DNA of 36,691 nucleotides, taken from the NCBI GenBank assembly GCA_001687465.1, contig LVLI01001229.1, forward strand, positions 62,001-98,691. Direction: 5' to 3'. The number at the start of each line of letters is the position of its first letter. Position 1 is the first letter of the stretch. The DNA comes from Halocafeteria seosinensis (lineage: Eukaryota). Under the pieces are notes generated by a model, which made no database searches, was not told the origin of the DNA, and worked only from the letters and a program-made list of their open reading frames with translations. The position numbers and the translations under genes were made by a program. Below, piece after piece: positions 26,799 through 36,690 of this stretch.

Positions 26799-27766
26799 TC
26801 TCGACAACTTGAACGTTGACGTAATAGTACGCGGAAGCGAAGCCGGGAAGCGAGAACCATTAAAAGAGCTGAACTCCCGATCCACTGTCCTTCTTCGTGA
26901 GGGTATACCGGCTTTAATTCTACATGCGAACGTGTTGGGGCTGTGGAAGAGACAAACATCTCATACAGTAATTACGAGCAGCCTGACGAACTCAGCCGAG
27001 GCACTTACTTTTTCAGTTCCCCTGAGCTTACGGATCCTCTCATTCTCCTGCATCAACCGAAAGCGGTCGATAATCACGCTATTTATTCACAAATGAATAC
27101 AGAAATGGGCGTATATCCATCCCCACTTACAAATACTGTGGGCGTGAGCTTCCAAAAGCGGCCGTTACCACGTACCGATTCCTCGGCCCTAATTTGTTCC
27201 GTCAAAAAAACAATTGCAGTGCTTGAGACCGCACACTTTACATGGAGCCCTCGATGGCAATTGCGCGTCAAAAGATGGTTCAGAAAGGCAATGAAATGCA
27301 ATATTTCAACGCTCGCGGAGTTGAGGAAGCCGTCGTGCGACCTGTGCTTTTTGTAACAAGGCAAGCGATATCAACAAAAATACACGACATATACATCCTC
27401 CAAAGAGCTCCTTCTATTCAAAAACATATAATGTACCCTGTATCAACAACCCTGTTCAGTCGTCAAGCTGTAAATACCCTCTACGCTGCTTCCGAGGTTT
27501 GCGACCTCCCCACTTCCAAACAAAAAAAAAAGTGGAACGAAACCATGCACAGACCGGCTCTTTCCACTCCCGTCTACGGCGCCGCATACTTGGTGCAAAC
27601 AGCCACAAACGCCCAACTGAAAGCTGCAGCCTCGCCAGCGAGCGCAGCGGCAGCAGCCATAGACTGCTGCTTAACGGTAACGGCAAGTGCGACGATAACT
27701 GCCAATCCGGATCAATCAATCATTCAATTCATCAAGATTTGGAGCTATACCAAAGCCCCGTAATGC

Positions 27767-27781
27767 GGTGGTGGTGGTGGT
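27767..27781. repeat. (GGT)5 microsatellite
   Basis: ggtggtggtggtggt. Confidence 0.8.
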
Positions 27782-28689
27782 AGACGCTAAATACAAAGGA
27801 CCAGCACTAGTCCTGGTAGACCCGCTGTCTACGTTTGTTCCAGGAGAGTCTTGGACTTACTTTGAGCGTCACGCGAGATGCAAGTACACCGAGTGTACGT
27901 GTACACGGGCCTGGAAGGAATGCGACTTCCTTTTCCAACAGAATGCAGAGAGCTCTTACTACAAAGAGAAGCACAGGGGGAATTGAATATCCCCACTTGT
28001 GTATTGCTCGCCAAAGGTTGGGGGTAACAATACTGGTACATCATAAAATCAACTTCGAGCCTTTTGCCGAAGACGCTCCAGCCGACTTCAACCGGGAGAC
28101 AGCAGAAACAGATATTAACAGAAACCAAGCAATCACGTCTCGTAAAAATTGACCAAGGAACGAATCCGCCTCCCCTTAGTTCATCGCCCGGGGATGCTTG
28201 GAAGGGGGAGAAGTACATTGCGCAAGGAGCGGCGTTTGTCCTACAGAGAGGACCTACACCCCGCCTCGGTAGGTTTTACTGCAGCGCAGCAGGGAGTGGT
28301 GTCCAGACAATAACTTCCACTGCACGACATTGTTTGCCAATGCGGATGACGCACTGCAAGGACAGTCACTGTGCAACCGCACAGTCTCGGTGTCTTGTCT
28401 ACTCTACAGTATGCTATATTCAATAGTCTGTTTCATTCAGGGTGCGGGTAGTATTTTTTTGGGGGCGAATTGATTGGATTGGTACAAACGGACTACCGCT
28501 TCACTGCTGGAAGGACATATTGCTGCTCTAGCTACAGTTGGATACAGGTCTGGAGTCAAAGCATACCAGTTTCTCCATCACGTGCATCCGGTTTCGCCTG
28601 CCCGGCTGGGAGGCACTGTTACATGTGTACATGTACTCACGGTTGCTTCTTCGCACTCTCGTCGGCAGGTAAATATAGATGCTGAACAC

Positions 28690-31600
28690 TTATTCATCAC
28701 CGGATTCGATTACGATATCCTCCTCAATTCCATTTCCCGATTCACTACTTTGTAGATGCTCCGCTTGAACGGGACGTGATTTCCATGGGCACCACTTGCT
28801 TCTACCTTCGCGAGGCGCCTTGGGTTGGTTTCTCTTGGCTTCAATGAGTGCTTTGGCTTTGCTGAGGGCGGTCTTCAAAGCTACAGAGAAGATCATAAGA
28901 AACCCTGCGAATATGCTCAGAATCATAAGAACCTGAAGAAATAAGACGACGTAGTCAACAGCTTCTGCTTCGTCCGGGTCGTCCTGAATTTCATGACGTA
29001 GAAGTCCAAGGGCTGCTGTTACAGTGACGCAGATTGATTTTCCCATTTCCAACTTATTGAGTGGGGATATCAACTTATAAGGTCGCATGATAGATCCCAG
29101 TTGCAGAAACGATAGCAGGACAGCCATAACTAATATTACCTGTTGGAAGGGATCTGTCACCAGGAAAGCTAGAACAAGGAGGATCGATTTCCTTAGAATT
29201 TCGACAGCTGGCCACAAGTATCCTCGATTCCGAATCCGATAACCCGAAGTGATGCGAAGGAAGTCCTTTTTAAGGAATGCTGTATCTGCAGTCTTGTGCC
29301 GGTAGCTGAGGTAAAAAACCAGGAACATTGGGAAACCTAGGACAACGGAAGCAAACGAGAAGCCCGCGAGCACTCTTAGGGAATTATAACCAGAATCCTC
29401 AGTGGTGACACTGAAGTCGGCCCGGAGCCTTTTGTCGCCAAAGATTTCATAGGGGTAGACGTTCAAGATGTTTATCACAGTTAATGTGACTGCTGTGTGA
29501 ACTTGACCTAGTAGTATTGCAATGGGCTGCAAAGAAGATTTGAAAATATGCCCACAAGCCACACGTTGTCCCGGCTTTGCAATATGGATCACCGTCTGTA
29601 ACACTAGGGACGCAAGGACCACTAACCAGGGGGAGAGAAGGGAACTGACCGCCATTCTAATAAAACTAAACTTCGATACACAGCTGAAAGCATCCGGCTG
29701 AGTAGGGTCCATTAAGAAGAGACGACTAAACTCCCTGTACCAAGCAGCATCTCCGGAGAAAGCGGTATATTGTAGTTGTCCCAGAATTGAACAAATTTGC
29801 ATGTAATCGAGTCCAAATAATACAACTAGCTGTAGATAGTTAATTGGGTCCATTGCCCCTTTAGCTGCGATGGATTCTGCAGATACTTCATCATGATATA
29901 CCTGCCGAAGCTCTTCTACGTCGATGCTCCCATCGACGCTACTCTTCTCACCGGGAACTTGCATGGCGACAGCGTCATCAGAGGGAGAGCTCTCAATTTG
30001 CTCATCTGTGTGTTTTTCTCCTTCAGCCGGAATTGAGTCCTTATTCTCTCTGTCTTGTCTCACCATCATAGGAGTATAAGCTATTTTCTCCGGTTTACTC
30101 TTTTTGTTATCATTCTTAGCTTTGCTCCTGGTATCGTCAGAGATGCTACTAGACGTCTTGGTTTCTTGCACTTCTTGTTCGCTGGGAAGTCCCGCGTCTA
30201 CCTCTCTTGTATCCCTATGCGGTCGGACGGGTTGGTTGATTTCCTCCTCATCCTCCGCCTTCCTTTCGCTTCGCTCTGCTACTGGTGAAGCAGCAGAGGT
30301 TCTCCCCCCTTGCTCATCGTCGGAAGGCTCTTCTTTCCCCCCACTTTGACCCGCCTCATCAGCGTCATCAGCATCTGCGGTTACATCAGAAGCTTTGTTT
30401 GCACCTTGTGAGTCATTCTCGCTTTGTTCACTGGCGGCTTTGTCCTTCTTGCATAGTTTCACCATTGAGTTATGAATATTAAGTGCTAAGACGACTGTAA
30501 AAGCAACTGTGACCCAGGCAGCAACAGTTACTTTGTTGCGGGTCATATCCTCGCAAGCCAAACATTCAAGTTCAGTTTTTGCGAAACCCTCTCGGCATCC
30601 GTCACACAATGCACCTGTTCGACCGCCAGAGCAACGAGTCTTGAAATGAGTCTCATTTACAATGCAAGCCGACTGCGGACTACACTCGTGCATTCTAACT
30701 TGCTTGTCATTCCTCAACCTACCAACGATGTACTCCTGTGCTGTTTCATTCTTCTCAAGGAGAGGACTGTCGGCTGCGCAAGCTTCGCACCAAAATCCGT
30801 CCTCCATCAACAGCCTTCCTTTGCTGCAAAGGAACCCCTCCTGCGGACACGGAATGCAGATCGCGCTGCCTTCTAAAGAAAATTCGTTTGAGGGGCAACC
30901 ATCGCAAAAGAGTTCGTTTGATGCGTGGTCAAGGAAGCTTCCGGCCGGACAAGGAACACAAACATGAACCCCGTTTTCTCCATCACTTCTGAATTGCCTG
31001 AAATGACCCTCTTGACAGAGGCATAGAGAACCACTCTCGTTTGGCACCTCGTTCTTTGCACAGCGCACTGTCTCCGTTTGAATCACCACGGGAGGTGTTT
31101 CAACTGGAGTGCCATCCAGTGTTACATGTACGGCTGCTGATCCCTGCTGTCTAAAGGTTATGAAAAAAGCAAAGCCCCCAGTTTCGTCTCCAGCAGCAAG
31201 CCTCAAGGGATACGTTCGTTGAATTGACGAATCAGGAATATCTCCTACGGGCTCTACCGTAATCGCTAATGACGGCAGTTCACCTCCAATCACTTTGGTG
31301 TCTTCTTGAGAGAAGATACCCCTTGCTGGACTATTACCAAATACGTCCATCAGCACCACCTGTAGTTTAATGCGCTGGTTCACAAAGCCGGCGTTTGAGA
31401 GAGCCTGAACCTTAGAGAGAGCCGGAATGGCAGGGCCGGCGAGGAATGATACTGACACGGAGAGAGTTCTGGTGTCTCGGGAGTTTTTGAATAGCGGATT
31501 GACTAGCCACTGTCTAAGCGTTAATATAGACATTGAGTATCGCAATACAAGTCTGAACTTGAAGGGGTTAATTGACAAAGCACCCGCGTTCATCGTCAGA

Positions 31601-34600
31601 ACGTTTTTGGAGTATCCCACTAGGAGTTGAAAGCCCCGGCGACTGTCCGCATTTACAGATGCTGAGGCTGGAGAAAACTGAAGTCCTTCCCCGAAATGTC
31701 TCACGTTATCCCTCACTACAGACCTTAAATTCCTTGTGATAGTATTGTTTTTCCTATTATTTTCGTCTAACGGTTCAAGAAGTACGGTAAAGTCTGTAGG
31801 TAGTAGAAACACGGGTTCAGAGTCCACGTTGATCACGTCCCACTGCACAATCTGTTCCTCAAACGGGCTTAAGGATACGTTGACCATTCTTTCGGGGCAT
31901 ACAAAAACCGACGTAACAAGTAGGTTCAGCTGGACCCATGCATGGACCCCTGTACTGTTCAAACGCTCGATAGACGGGGGCTCCTCAGGAAGTTCCTGGG
32001 ATACTCCTTGACGTGAGTCCGTTTCAACAAGCAACCAAGCCGTAAACTGTCCCGAACTCTCAACGTTGTTTGCCACTATTTCGATGATAGCAATTGTTTG
32101 CTGATCTCCAGAAATAGAAGTGCGGCCTGTGACAGGGAATGTTCGTCCCGCTCCTCTTACCCAGAAAGAAGACGCTGCCGCCCCAGAAACTTCAGTGCCT
32201 TCTTCCGTGAACAAGCGGACCCTCCAGCTTACCGGATAGTCTCCATCGTTAATCAACAAAATATTTCGACTTTGTGGCGCATCTGCAAAGCTCATTTGCA
32301 CGAATATGGAATCCTGTGAAAGTTCAATACTCCCTTCGCGGATGCGGAGAGATACGGATATCCGTAGCACTTTAGAAACCTCGACGTCAATATCAGACAC
32401 TGTTACTTCAATAACGGAATCCAGGATACCATGAGACGCTTGCTCTATATCAAACCCAATCGTAAACTCTATCGATACTGGAGAGCTACCAGATTGACCC
32501 TTCGAAGGCAGGATAGCAATGGTCTCAAGCTCACTAGGGACACTCCACGCATATTGCTGATTGGCCTCCAAACTCAAGAGTGCTGAACGATAGACAACAT
32601 GGTGACCATCTGTTGGGATCCCCGTCCTGCCTTCGTCAATTAGGAATTCTTTAGGTTGCAAAGATACGTCGAATGGAGTGGACGTAACTATCTCTGTAAT
32701 GTCCACAGACATTGATTGATACGCTGATGTAATGGTTTCACCTTCAACAGAAGCAGGAAACTCCATAGGGATCGCCAACTGCGGTATGTCGTTTAACTGG
32801 CGCGATCCATCAGTCACCCTTCCTCGAATTAAAGGAATTTGCGCTTTGAAAAATTCCGATGCATTGGGATGGAAAAACAACTGTACCTCGTAGGTCAATA
32901 ACCGACATGAGCTAGAGGCCCGCGCTGCTTGACTGCAGGAAGTGTTCGATACCAACACGAGCTCTTGGATAATGGGGAGCGGCAGGTCCAAACTGGTCCC
33001 TTTGAACTGGGCTTGGCACCCCGAGTAAATTACCTCATTACGACCGTCCACTGTGGGCGTGAAGTCACAACCAATAGCAACGGAGGCTGGTTCGCTGTTC
33101 CCGCTTTGTACGGAGAACTTAACACCGACCCCAATGAGTGTACTATTTGAGCTACTAACGCCAAACTGAGATGATTCAAACTGTTTGTAGAGAGCCGTGA
33201 TACAATTGAAAGGGTTATTTTCCCCGCAAGAAGACGTGACCACCTCACCCTTGGTTGCATTGATAAAAATATTAGAGGGTGTGATCGTCGGTGTGAAGCT
33301 TGGGGTTCGAGTGGGCGTGACTCTAGCGGTCCGTGAGGTGGATGAGGTTGCAGATGGGGTGCTCGTCTCCTTTGGGGTTGTCGTGACAGTCTTCCGGGGA
33401 GTCGTTGTGACTGTCTCTGTTCTGGTTGCGGTGGCTGCAGCAGTTGAGGAGCTACTGGGAGTCGTTGTAGCGACGGCGGTCGGAGCGCTTGTTCCTGATA
33501 CAGAGTTTGAGGGTGTTATGGTGACTGAAGCAGTGGGGGACCCTGTGGACGATCCACTGGAAGTGGCGCTTGGGGTCCGACTTCGCGTTCCTGTTCTTGA
33601 GGTAGAAGCCGAAGAAGACAATGTAGACCTGGCACTAGAGGATGAAGTTACTGTTGTAGCTGGTTGAGATATCGTTGCGGTAGAGCTTGCTCTTGCTGTT
33701 GCCGTTGCAGTGTGGCTTGCAATCATGGGAACTAGTGTCTCTGATACCGAGCTCGCTGGAATGGCAGTAACTGTAGAGGTGCTACTCGGCGAGGCAGCAG
33801 TGGTTTCTGTTGGTGTCATCGTGACTATCGGGGTCTGAGTACGTGTCCTAGACACAGTACTTGATGGTGTTGTCGTACCTAACGGGGTGGCGGACAGGGT
33901 AGCGCTGCTTGTCAGCGATCCACTGGCAGTTGCAGTATCTGATACCGTACGTGATGGCGTGGTAGTGCCTGACGGAGTTGCAGACAGGGTAGATCTGGGG
34001 GTAAGTGATGCGCTGTCGGACGCTGATACCGAGGTCGAGGATGTTGTCGTACGTGACGGCGTGATAGACGGAGTTGCACTAGCAGTTGGTGAAACACTTG
34101 CATCGGGGAAAGATGACTGTGAGACCTGAAATTTTAGAACTGGTAGACTGGTGGCATCAATGACTGTCCATACATCATTCGACCACTGCCGGGTTCCATT
34201 ATACTGATAAAGTTGACCACGAATACTATCCAAATTATCTGACACGCCAACAAGGAGCGTAATACTTTCTCCGCCCACTCCACTAATATTTGCCGGCATG
34301 GACTGCAGATCTGGTGCAATGCTATTGTACACAGAGTACCGGATTTCCAGTGCATCAATCTCAGAGCCAACGCTCCCAAGTATTCCACCACTATTATGCG
34401 GGTGTTCCACGTGACCTCCCGCGTAAACGTTTTCGACGAAGACTGATCCGTCGGTCACCTCAGCACCAAATATGCCTCCACTTGACGAGCCGGCGATAGT
34501 ACCCCTGGAATAGCTGTCCAGGACATCCACTGTTCCGAACTGCCGAGCTGTACCGGCGCCGAAAATTCCTCCACTCGATTCTCCATTAATGTCGCCAAGG

Positions 34601-36690
34601 GAGTAACACTCTACAACTAGGGCTCTGCCTGATTCGGTTGCTGCAGACTCCCCAAATATGCCCCCCGCTCTTGCTCCCGCAATACCTCCTGTACCAAATG
34701 ATCTGATGATCCGCACAGTTCCGCCAAACGATCCAGCCTCCATTCCGCATATCCCTCCTGCGGATTGCCCAGTAACTAGTCCAGTTGAGGAGCAACCATC
34801 GATTACCACCATTCCCGCCTGTCCTCCACCTATTCCTCTTCCGCCGATCCCACCTGCAGCATCGCCAATCACATTACCATGGGAGGAAGAATTCACGATC
34901 TGAATCGGGCCTGTAATTCCACAGTCCGAACCACAAATTCCACCACCCTCGGCGGTAACGTTCCCCGAAGAGCTGCATCGCTGAACTTTGAAATATGATT
35001 GTCCCGACTGGATAATGAAGCCTCCTCGGTTACTCGTATTTCCTCCAACCATGTGGAGATCTCGAACCGTCACAGCCTGACTGGCCAATTGGATTTCACT
35101 GCTATCGATGCGAACCAATCCGTCGAATTCGCCAACGTCCCGTAGGTAAATGGTGTTGTTTCCACCATCAAATAATTCATTGGCTCGTAAAGTAATGAAT
35201 GCACTGTTGAGGTAAGCCATAGACCAAATAATATCACACGACATGTCAAACCTGCCCAACGCAGCAGTGTATGCTATGCAGGGTTCACCATTCTCGAGGA
35301 AAAATTGTCGTAAATCCCCTCCCAATAACATGTTATCGTTCGGGAAGAGCTGGAAACGTAGAAGGGGAAAATTGTTGGTCCCGTCAAGAGCCCAGACCTC
35401 ACTACTCCATCGCTGGATCCCATCGAAGTGGTACAACTGTCCACGGATAAGTTCTACATCGTTCGATATTCCATCCATGAAACTAATGCTCTCTTCGCCT
35501 ATCCCAGCTATCTTCACAGGATCACTCGTGGTTTGCCCGGAGGGCTCTCCATTATAAACGGAAAAGACAATTCGAATGAGCTCTACAACAGATCCTATTG
35601 ATCCAAAGATACCTCCGCTGAATAATGGATCCAGAACGATACCGCTGGCATATACGTTTTCCACAACAACAGTACCTGAATCAGCTACTTCCGACCCAAA
35701 AATTCCTCCACAGGCGAAGTTATTTATTCCACCTGTTGAGTAACTGTCGCGGATGTACACTTGTCCGTTGAAACTGCCTGCGCCAGATCCAACAATTCCT
35801 CCACTAGACTCACCATCTATATTCCCGGAGGAGTAGCATTCGGATATGTTGACGATCCCTCCACTGGATCCAGCGGATGCACCCACTATACCTCCAGTAT
35901 ACATATTATCTATCACTCCAAAAGAATATGATCTTTCGACTACTACTCTTCCGGCAGACGCTCCAGCTTCGAACCCGCATATCCCCCCGGCTGATTGGCC
36001 CAAAATGTCCCCGGTAGAGAAACAATCTACAATCTTTGCTTGCCCAAAGACGTGTTTGCCGAGCTCGCTTCCCGCAATTCCCCCAGCACCAACCCCTATG
36101 ACGCCTCCATAGGACCAAGAGTTGCGAATTTCAACCAATCCATTGTTCCCGCACTTTCGCCCACAAATACCGCCACTGTCGGTCGCCATGGTCCCCGAAG
36201 AACTGCACCGTTCTACAACAAAATATGATTGACCCGACTGAACAATGAACCCCCCTCCACTACTAGTACTTCCATTTTTCACATGTACATCGCGAACAAG
36301 GACCGTGTCACTCTCAGAAATTACTTCAGCTTCATTCACACGAACCAAGCCATCGAAATCGACGATTTCGGACAGATCAATTATATGCCCCCGTCCGTCA
36401 AGTATTTCGTGAGGTCGTAACGTAATGAACGCAGTACTATTGTATTGCCGGGACCAAATAATATCGCACGTCATCTCAAAAGTTAGGGAAGCAGCACTGT
36501 ACTGAATACACGGCTCTTGGCCTTCAAGGATGAACTCACGAATGTCACCACCACGGATTGGGAGTCCGTCTTTTGGATCGTCAAACATTTGGAAACGTAA
36601 GATTGGAAAGTTAGAGGTTCCGTTAAGAATCCAGATGCTATCAGCCCAACGTTGAATACCATTATAGTGGTAGAGCTGGCCACGGATAAG
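28690..36690 (-). CDS. Gene C, 5'-partial paralogous giant membrane protein (>2666 aa): 2+ GLUG-like modules, long mucin stalk, conserved core, Cys-rich region, ~9-TM domain with a long acidic first loop
   Basis: The frame stays open past the Met at 36588 to the window edge (LIRGQLYHYNGIQRWADSIWILNGTSNFPILRFQM, the C-terminal cap of a further module), so that Met is internal. Stop TAA at 28690-28692. Confidence 0.93.
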   Translation of the reverse strand, partial: LIRGQLYHYNGIQRWADSIWILNGTSNFPILRFQMFDDPKDGLPIRGGDIREFILEGQEPCIQYSAASLTFEMTCDIIWSRQYNSTAFITLRPHEILDGRGHIIDLSEIVDFDGLVRVNEAEVISESDTVLVRDVHVKNGSTSSGGGFIVQSGQSYFVVERCSSSGTMATDSGGICGRKCGNNGLVEIRNSWSYGGVIGVGAGGIAGSELGKHVFGQAKIVDCFSTGDILGQSAGGICGFEAGASAGRVVVERSYSFGVIDNMYTGGIVGASAGSSGGIVNISECYSSGNIDGESSGGIVGSGAGSFNGQVYIRDSYSTGGINNFACGGIFGSEVADSGTVVVENVYASGIVLDPLFSGGIFGSIGSVVELIRIVFSVYNGEPSGQTTSDPVKIAGIGEESISFMDGISNDVELIRGQLYHFDGIQRWSSEVWALDGTNNFPLLRFQLFPNDNMLLGGDLRQFFLENGEPCIAYTAALGRFDMSCDIIWSMAYLNSAFITLRANELFDGGNNTIYLRDVGEFDGLVRIDSSEIQLASQAVTVRDLHMVGGNTSNRGGFIIQSGQSYFKVQRCSSSGNVTAEGGGICGSDCGITGPIQIVNSSSHGNVIGDAAGGIGGRGIGGGQAGMVVIDGCSSTGLVTGQSAGGICGMEAGSFGGTVRIIRSFGTGGIAGARAGGIFGESAATESGRALVVECYSLGDINGESSGGIFGAGTARQFGTVDVLDSYSRGTIAGSSSGGIFGAEVTDGSVFVENVYAGGHVEHPHNSGGILGSVGSEIDALEIRYSVYNSIAPDLQSMPANISGVGGESITLLVGVSDNLDSIRGQLYQYNGTRQWSNDVWTVIDATSLPVLKFQVSQSSFPDASVSPTASATPSITPSRTTTSSTSVSASDSASLTPRSTLSATPSGTTTPSRTVSDTATASGSLTSSATLSATPLGTTTPSSTVSRTRTQTPIVTMTPTETTAASPSSTSTVTAIPASSVSETLVPMIASHTATATARASSTATISQPATTVTSSSSARSTLSSSASTSRTGTRSRTPSATSSGSSTGSPTASVTITPSNSVSGTSAPTAVATTTPSSSSTAAATATRTETVTTTPRKTVTTTPKETSTPSATSSTSRTARVTPTRTPSFTPTITPSNIFINATKGEVVTSSCGENNPFNCITALYKQFESSQFGVSSSNSTLIGVGVKFSVQSGNSEPASVAIGCDFTPTVDGRNEVIYSGCQAQFKGTSLDLPLPIIQELVLVSNTSCSQAARASSSCRLLTYEVQLFFHPNASEFFKAQIPLIRGRVTDGSRQLNDIPQLAIPMEFPASVEGETITSAYQSMSVDITEIVTSTPFDVSLQPKEFLIDEGRTGIPTDGHHVVYRSALLSLEANQQYAWSVPSELETIAILPSKGQSGSSPVSIEFTIGFDIEQASHGILDSVIEVTVSDIDVEVSKVLRISVSLRIREGSIELSQDSIFVQMSFADAPQSRNILLINDGDYPVSWRVRLFTEEGTEVSGAAASSFWVRGAGRTFPVTGRTSISGDQQTIAIIEIVANNVESSGQFTAWLLVETDSRQGVSQELPEEPPSIERLNSTGVHAWVQLNLLVTSVFVCPERMVNVSLSPFEEQIVQWDVINVDSEPVFLLPTDFTVLLEPLDENNRKNNTITRNLRSVVRDNVRHFGEGLQFSPASASVNADSRRGFQLLVGYSKNVLTMNAGALSINPFKFRLVLRYSMSILTLRQWLVNPLFKNSRDTRTLSVSVSFLAGPAIPALSKVQALSNAGFVNQRIKLQVVLMDVFGNSPARGIFSQEDTKVIGGELPSLAITVEPVGDIPDSSIQRTYPLRLAAGDETGGFAFFITFRQQGSAAVHVTLDGTPVETPPVVIQTETVRCAKNEVPNESGSLCLCQEGHFRQFRSDGENGVHVCVPCPAGSFLDHASNELFCDGCPSNEFSLEGSAICIPCPQEGFLCSKGRLLMEDGFWCEACAADSPLLEKNETAQEYIVGRLRNDKQVRMHECSPQSACIVNETHFKTRCSGGRTGALCDGCREGFAKTELECLACEDMTRNKVTVAAWVTVAFTVVLALNIHNSMVKLCKKDKAASEQSENDSQGANKASDVTADADDADEAGQSGGKEEPSDDEQGGRTSAASPVAERSERKAEDEEEINQPVRPHRDTREVDAGLPSEQEVQETKTSSSISDDTRSKAKNDNKKSKPEKIAYTPMMVRQDRENKDSIPAEGEKHTDEQIESSPSDDAVAMQVPGEKSSVDGSIDVEELRQVYHDEVSAESIAAKGAMDPINYLQLVVLFGLDYMQICSILGQLQYTAFSGDAAWYREFSRLFLMDPTQPDAFSCVSKFSFIRMAVSSLLSPWLVVLASLVLQTVIHIAKPGQRVACGHIFKSSLQPIAILLGQVHTAVTLTVINILNVYPYEIFGDKRLRADFSVTTEDSGYNSLRVLAGFSFASVVLGFPMFLVFYLSYRHKTADTAFLKKDFLRITSGYRIRNRGYLWPAVEILRKSILLVLAFLVTDPFQQVILVMAVLLSFLQLGSIMRPYKLISPLNKLEMGKSICVTVTAALGLLRHEIQDDPDEAEAVDYVVLFLQVLMILSIFAGFLMIFSVALKTALSKAKALIEAKRNQPKAPREGRSKWCPWKSRPVQAEHLQSSESGNGIEEDIVIESGDE
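28875..30531 (-). other. Transmembrane domain of gene C with a long acidic loop (~185-aa low-complexity segment) after TM1
   Basis: VTVAAWVTVAFTVVLALNI, then an E/D/S/K-rich segment, then DYMQI ... RLRADFSV ... YLWPAVEILRK ... RPYK ... LNKLE. Confidence 0.75.
30553..31062 (-). other. Cys-rich ephrin-receptor-like region of gene C
   Basis: CAKNEVPN...CLCQEGH...CVPCPAGSF...CDGCPSNEFS...GRTGALCDGC. Confidence 0.8.
33274..34110 (-). repeat. Long Ser/Thr-rich mucin-like stalk of gene C (~280 aa)
   Basis: Almost entirely S/T/A/P. Internal duplications: TLSATPxGTTTPSxTVS twice at a 90-bp period (gacagggtag at 33893 and 33983), and TVTTTPRK/TVTTTPKE. Confidence 0.85.

Noticed and set aside
26799..26885. 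GTG start at 26885 for gene B
   Set aside because: The gene looks eukaryotic, and the first ATG (26798) starts a clean signal peptide, whereas the extra 29 aa are hydrophilic.
27083..27364. HDGFLNSA...LNHLL segment resembling a class 3 lipase
   Set aside because: The required downstream GxSxG motif is absent and the ORF is only 93 aa with a non-ATG start.
27242..28426. Intergenic ORFs of 100-173 aa (27242..27763+, 27829..28218-, 28064..28426+)
   Set aside because: They overlap in several frames, cross low-complexity or poly(A) tracts and contain no recognisable motifs. A small spliced gene cannot be fully excluded.
36586..36588. Met at 36588 as start of gene C (likewise TTG at 46 for gene A)
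   Set aside because: Both frames stay open to the window edge with recognisable repeat-module sequence.
100..36683. Dozens of short ORFs antisense or out of frame within genes A, B and C (e.g. 5211..5828-, 17704..18309+, 18970..19422+, 33197..33667+)
   Set aside because: They are shadows of the giant ORFs: Val/Gly-rich mirrors of Thr/Pro stalks and Pro-rich mirrors of Gly repeats, with no independent motifs.
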